Source: Candidatus Baldrarchaeum yapensis (lineage in GTDB: Archaea; Asgardarchaeota; Baldrarchaeia; Baldrarchaeales; Baldrarchaeaceae). Taken from it: a stretch of 20,847 bases of DNA. The DNA is taken from contig JAEOSH010000044.1 in the NCBI GenBank assembly GCA_016840465.1, forward strand, positions 1-20,847. Direction: 5' to 3'. The translations under genes and the position numbers were made by a program. The notes under the pieces are model-generated. The model had not been told where the DNA came from. It searched no databases and saw nothing but the letters and a program-made list of their open reading frames with translations. Of this stretch, positions 17,516 through 20,847 are shown piece by piece. Numbering within the stretch: the stretch's first letter is position 1; each line of letters begins with the position of its first letter.

Positions 17516-17593
17516 TTACTCGTATCTAATACTTCCAGACCGATACTCAAACAGAAAACACAGAAAGATTATCGCATCTGCAAACGCCTTCAC
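17516..17593 (-). pseudogene. N-terminal stub of a VapC/PIN toxin (module 3)
   Basis: GTG overlaps the upstream TGA; 'MKAFADAIIFLCFLFEY...*' parallels the neighbouring toxin start 'MKAFLDASLPTYLL'; stops after 25 codons. Confidence 0.5.
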
Positions 17594-17808
17594 CGCACTT
17601 CCTCCGCATCCTCCCTCCTGAGTTTGTGCACGAGTTCAATAGCGCACTTCCCAAGTTTCTTTTCACTCTGCATCCCAATCCCCTCATGCTTTCGGAAGGT
17701 TTTCTGAAAAACTTCAATATTGCAACATCCCTCACTTCCATCTCCAGCTTATCCCTAAGTCCCACCCCTAGGGCTCATCACAACATCGCCTTACTGAAAT
17801 TTATACAT
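17590..17808 (-). pseudogene. AbrB-type antitoxin relic (module 3)
   Basis: 'MYKFQ*GDVVMSPRG/GLRDKLEMEVRDVAILKFFRKPSESMRGLG.../AIELVHKLRREDAEEVR*': internal stop, apparent deletion of the 'xIPK.IR' segment, and frameshifts. Confidence 0.55.
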
Positions 17809-17855
17809 TTACGTCGTGGATAAAAGAACCGCCCCTTCTGCTAATTTCGTATATC

Positions 17856-18272
17856 TCACGTTTGTTGTCCTACCCATATGCGGGCGATCCCGCGTATGTT
17901 GTTAAAGTCCTCGTCCTCGGTGATTATTGCGGTGATTCCCTCTCTGCGCATGACTACCAGGTGTATCGCGTCCGATGGCTTATCGAGTTCGCCATTGGTG
18001 AGAATGTCCATCGCAGAAGTGATATCCGATTCTGTGATTTCCAGTATTTGGACGACGGGGATTATTACGCTTCTTACGAACGCGGACGTGATATTATACG
18101 GGATGCGATACTTCTTCCTGCAAATCCACAGTATCTCGTCGGCAACTATCGGATCTGTATAAAGCTCATACTTCCTCATGATTTCCGAGAGGAATGAAGA
18201 ATATCGACGCAATTCCTCGTTTTCGAGCACAAGGAGATATGTTGGGAGGCTCGCATCGAGGAAGGCTTTCAC
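17856..18272 (-). CDS. vapC: VapC/PIN-domain toxin, intact (module 4)
   Basis: 138 aa; acidic active-site residues present in 'FLDAS', 'DEIL', 'SDAIH' and 'TEDEDF'. Confidence 0.92.
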   Translation of the reverse strand: MKAFLDASLPTYLLVLENEELRRYSSFLSEIMRKYELYTDPIVADEILWICRKKYRIPYNITSAFVRSVIIPVVQILEITESDITSAMDILTNGELDKPSDAIHLVVMRREGITAIITEDEDFNNIRGIARIWVGQQT

Positions 18273-18533
18273 TCGAACTCATCCTCCAAGCCCAAGCCTT
18301 TAAGCTCCCCCGGCTTCCCCCGAATACCCATCCTTCTCACCATTTCCCTGAATTCCATTATCCTTGCAACGATCTCCTCAGGCGAGGGCCTCGCGCAAAA
18401 GTATGTCATCCTCTCTCAGCTGCACCAGAACCTCGCTCCCTTCCCGCATGCCGTACCGCTCCCTCAATATCTTCGGTATTACCACCTGGCCCTTAGGACC
18501 CATTTTGAGCTTAAGGGATACCATTTGTACCAT
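18269..18533 (-). pseudogene. AbrB/MazE-type antitoxin, frameshifted (module 4)
   Basis: 'MVQMVSLKLKMGPKGQVVIPKILRERYGMREGSEVLV...LLREALA*'; one extra base near 18386-18388. The shifted frame 'SPEEIVARIMEFREMVRRMG...EDEFE*' ends at a TGA overlapping the toxin GTG. Missed by the ORF track. Confidence 0.85.
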
Positions 18534-18668
18534 CAAGTATTACTATTCATCCTACTTATTAAACACGAAGTTGTACCTAGGATTTTCGGAGACCTTTTTT
18601 AGAATCCATGGCGACATAGAATATCAAATCAAATGGGCGTTTTCATGTATCTAGGATGAATGATTCGC

Positions 18669-18800
18669 TTACTGAATATACTCCTCTAGGCGTATGGGAT
18701 GTGAGTTTGGCCTCTTCGGATCGTTACCGACCTTTGCCTTCTCGCCATCTGATCGGCCATCACCATCAGTATTCGGACAAAAAGTCTCTAGGCATATTAC
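18669..18800 (-). pseudogene. Relic of a Ca2+-binding DxDxDG (bacterial TSP3-like) repeat
   Basis: Stop-bounded frame without a start codon: 'CLETFCPNTDGDGRSDGEKAKVGNDPKRPNS', resembling the DTDGDGLSDGEE..GTDP..PDS consensus. Confidence 0.4.
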
Positions 18801-19028
18801 TGATTATGCTGAAAAAAGTGTTATTAGAAATCGATACGGCGTTTGTATCGTTCATTTAATTTCAAAAATCGTTTAAAACCAATAATCAACATCAGCACCT
18901 ATCAGCACGTCGTGTTATAATCGATGACATCTCATCGATCCGTTAATGGTCTTATTGGTGAGTATGCGACGCGGAATGGTCGGACAATTGGCGGAATAGT
19001 ATGATGGAAGAGTTTTAAGCCGTATTCG

Positions 19029-19490
19029 CTATAGGATCTCCTTGATACTCTTAACTTCAAATCGAGGATTGATATTTTCGACGATTTTGTGGAAATTCCT
19101 CTTACCGGACACTTTGTGAATGTCTTCGTCCTCGGTTACTAAAATGTCTGCTCTGTTAATCGCTGAGGAAAGGATAAGACTGTCTATGAAGTCGCTCAGC
19201 AGTTTTCTTAGGTCGATGGCGGTCAGCAATATTGAGGGCTCATGTATGGGAATCTTCCTCACCCTCTCATCATATACAAGGGCTTTTATTCCCCGAGATA
19301 CCTTTACAGGTGTAAGCGCGCCTGAGACGACGTACTTGGCGCCCTTAGCCGATAATTCGAAGATGCTGATCTCGCTCATTAGAACCTCATAGCCTCTTCT
19401 GATAAGTTCTATCACGAGGTTGCGCGGAATTTCCTTAACTGATATTCCTATAGCTGGCAAGAAGTAAGTCGTATCTAGAAGCAACTTCAT
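19029..19490 (-). CDS. vapC: VapC/PIN-domain toxin, intact (module 5)
   Basis: 153 aa; 'LLLDTTYFLP', 'SIFELS', 'FIDSLI', 'LVTEDEDI'. Confidence 0.92.
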   Translation of the reverse strand: MKLLLDTTYFLPAIGISVKEIPRNLVIELIRRGYEVLMSEISIFELSAKGAKYVVSGALTPVKVSRGIKALVYDERVRKIPIHEPSILLTAIDLRKLLSDFIDSLILSSAINRADILVTEDEDIHKVSGKRNFHKIVENINPRFEVKSIKEIL

Positions 19491-19732
19491 GTCTCAGCTC
19501 TCCGGGAGAGTTCTTTCCTGAACCTGTGGAACTCCTCAAGCGTTATTTCGACCTCCGGCTCTTCCTTCAAGACATCCTCCAACATCGGAACCGGCTCTAC
19601 CAGAAGCTTATCTCCCTCAATCCTGTAGATCACCCTCATGTGAGGCTTAAGCCCTAACTTATCCCTGATCTTCTTAGGGAGGAAGAGTTCCCCCTTCGAC
19701 CCAACCCGACCCTCGGCATACACCAGAATCAC
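19487..19732 (-). CDS. AbrB/MazE/SpoVT-family antitoxin, intact (module 5)
   Basis: 81 aa; 'RVGSKGELFLPKKIRDKLGLKPHMRVIYRIEGDKLLVEP'; ATGA overlap with the toxin. Confidence 0.92.
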   Translation of the reverse strand: MILVYAEGRVGSKGELFLPKKIRDKLGLKPHMRVIYRIEGDKLLVEPVPMLEDVLKEEPEVEITLEEFHRFRKELSRRAET

Positions 19733-19751
19733 CGAATTAATTATCGATATC

Positions 19752-19774
19752 TCGAAGTATTTAAATATATTCGA
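19752..19774 (-). promoter_or_regulatory. TATA box inside an inverted repeat (candidate autoregulatory operator of vapBC module 5)
   Basis: TCGAA-G-TATTTAAATA-TA-TTCGA; the central TATTTAAATA (19758-19767) is itself palindromic and lies about 26-35 nt upstream of the antitoxin start. Confidence 0.5.
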
Positions 19775-20413
19775 ATATGATCGGTAATGCCAGAACCGTT
19801 ATCCGAGACTTTGTTGATTTTATTAAGTAGAAGGATTTTGAGCTAAGATCTCAATCATTGTATAGATTGCGATCAAGCGGTAAGATATAGCTGGATCGAG
19901 GGAAAAATTACGGGTAAAAGCTATAGGGGATTACAAAATCTTGGAATGCGCAACTATCGATGATTTTCAAAGGAAGAAATTGATGGAAAACGTAGCGGTT
20001 CCTGCTTGAGACATTGAGCATTGATTTGTTATTCTGTGCGTTTGCCGCGAATCCAAATTGTTTGGTGTTACTGGTGCTCATAGAGTCTCCAACACTGGCA
20101 ATAGTGGGCTCATGAACTCCTTCTGGATGGGAGATTTCGCGAGAGACCTCATTATAGGTCAACAAAAATTCTTACGTCGATAAAACAGAAAGAACACAAC
20201 TTATCTGCTGACATCTCTCATCTTAAAAGAAACGGAGTATAGAGTTCAGAGAATATACCGAACTTTACATACTGCGAAAGAGCCGTCCACGCTGAAGGTC
20301 ATATTCCACTCACTAATCCTGTAGTTACGTAGGTTCACGGATACCGCGTTAATAATTGGTGTGATTATTCTGTTCTGTGATTTCGAGGTTCAGCAGATTA
20401 TCTATGAAAAGTT

Positions 20414-20847
20414 TTAGACTTTGATCGAGTTCAAGCTAAGATTTTGTAGTATCTTTGAAGTTCTGCATTTATGGTATTTTCTCCCATATTTAAGTTGCAT
20501 CTGGTGGTCAAGTTCGCGCTCCGGGTCGCTGAGGGCATCGGGGTTTGGGTGTAAGGACATTAGTGCCAATATCCAACTCTCAATTGTATTTTCTGCGATT
20601 GCGAGCCTACACTTTCTTTTGCATTCACCGTTCAGGTTTGCGGCGATGCGGAGAAACCACTGTTGTACATCTTGTGGCGACTTTTTATCTCTAAGTACAA
20701 TTATTTTATCATATTCGTCGCAAACCTCGCTTATCCATTTGGATATTTTCGAAGCGCGCCAATCGCGCATCTCTCTTATATCTACGGGCACTTTGAGGAT
20801 CGATGCAATCTTTTTGACGGTGATGTTATCGGAGCATCCTTCGACGA
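20414..20847 (-). CDS. DUF4276/RloB-like putative TOPRIM-fold nuclease, 5'-truncated by the window edge
   Basis: Frame is open to the window end and reads 'VEGCSD...KIIVLRDKK...LAIAENTIESWILA', i.e. a VEGxxD...D...ESW pattern. Confidence 0.6.
   Translation of the reverse strand, partial: VEGCSDNITVKKIASILKVPVDIREMRDWRASKISKWISEVCDEYDKIIVLRDKKSPQDVQQWFLRIAANLNGECKRKCRLAIAENTIESWILALMSLHPNPDALSDPERELDHQMQLKYGRKYHKCRTSKILQNLSLNSIKV

Noticed and set aside
742-18496. Many antisense or alternate-frame ORFs in the track (e.g. 2283-2849, 9962-10438, 10596-11108, 12276-12896, 13049-13603, 14558-15097)
   Set aside because: They overlap well-supported genes and have the composition of shadow ORFs.
19908-20200. 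A sixth PIN relic ('FIDVRIFVDL' ... 'SPLLPVLETL')
   Set aside because: Fragments lie in different frames, are short, and have no recognisable antitoxin upstream; not supportable by eye.
1-20847. CRISPR array
   Set aside because: No regularly spaced direct repeats seen; only two single repeat-like words (347-373, 5323-5356), which do not match each other closely.
1-20847. Integrated mobile element (integrase, transposase, att site or tRNA target)
   Set aside because: No recombinase or transposase motifs, terminal inverted repeats or tRNA gene recognised; island boundaries cannot be defined within this window.

Overview
Archaeal DNA, ~50% GC in genes, with GGTGA/GAGGTG Shine-Dalgarno motifs, TATA/BRE-like promoters and GTGA stop/start overlaps. 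Gene content fits a thermophilic TACK-type archaeon (inference). The window is an accessory, defence-flavoured patchwork. (i) A solitary cas6 (760-1560) has no array or other cas gene in view and overlaps tail-to-tail with a 1.6-kb intact gene. That gene encodes an N-terminal CxxC..H..C finger fused to an XPB/SSL2-like SF2 helicase body whose recognisable ATPase motifs (I, Ia, II, III) are degenerate; this is the most unusual element. (ii) Five co-oriented AbrB-antitoxin/PIN-toxin (vapBC) modules range from intact to relic, alongside a PaREP1/HEPN gene and a partial DUF4276/RloB-like gene at the right edge. (iii) A wHTH-TPR protein, a DUF401 membrane protein and an ABC-2 exporter pair. (iv) A frameshifted corrinoid protein plus UroD-fold methyltransferase pair converges on an intact GlcD-like FAD oxidoreductase plus CCG-domain Fe-S protein pair. 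Single-base indels are confined to the TA genes and the corrinoid/methyltransferase pair, while about 11 kb of other ORFs are clean. No rRNA, tRNA, transposase, integrase or CRISPR array was seen. All family calls come from motif recognition by eye; no searches were run.
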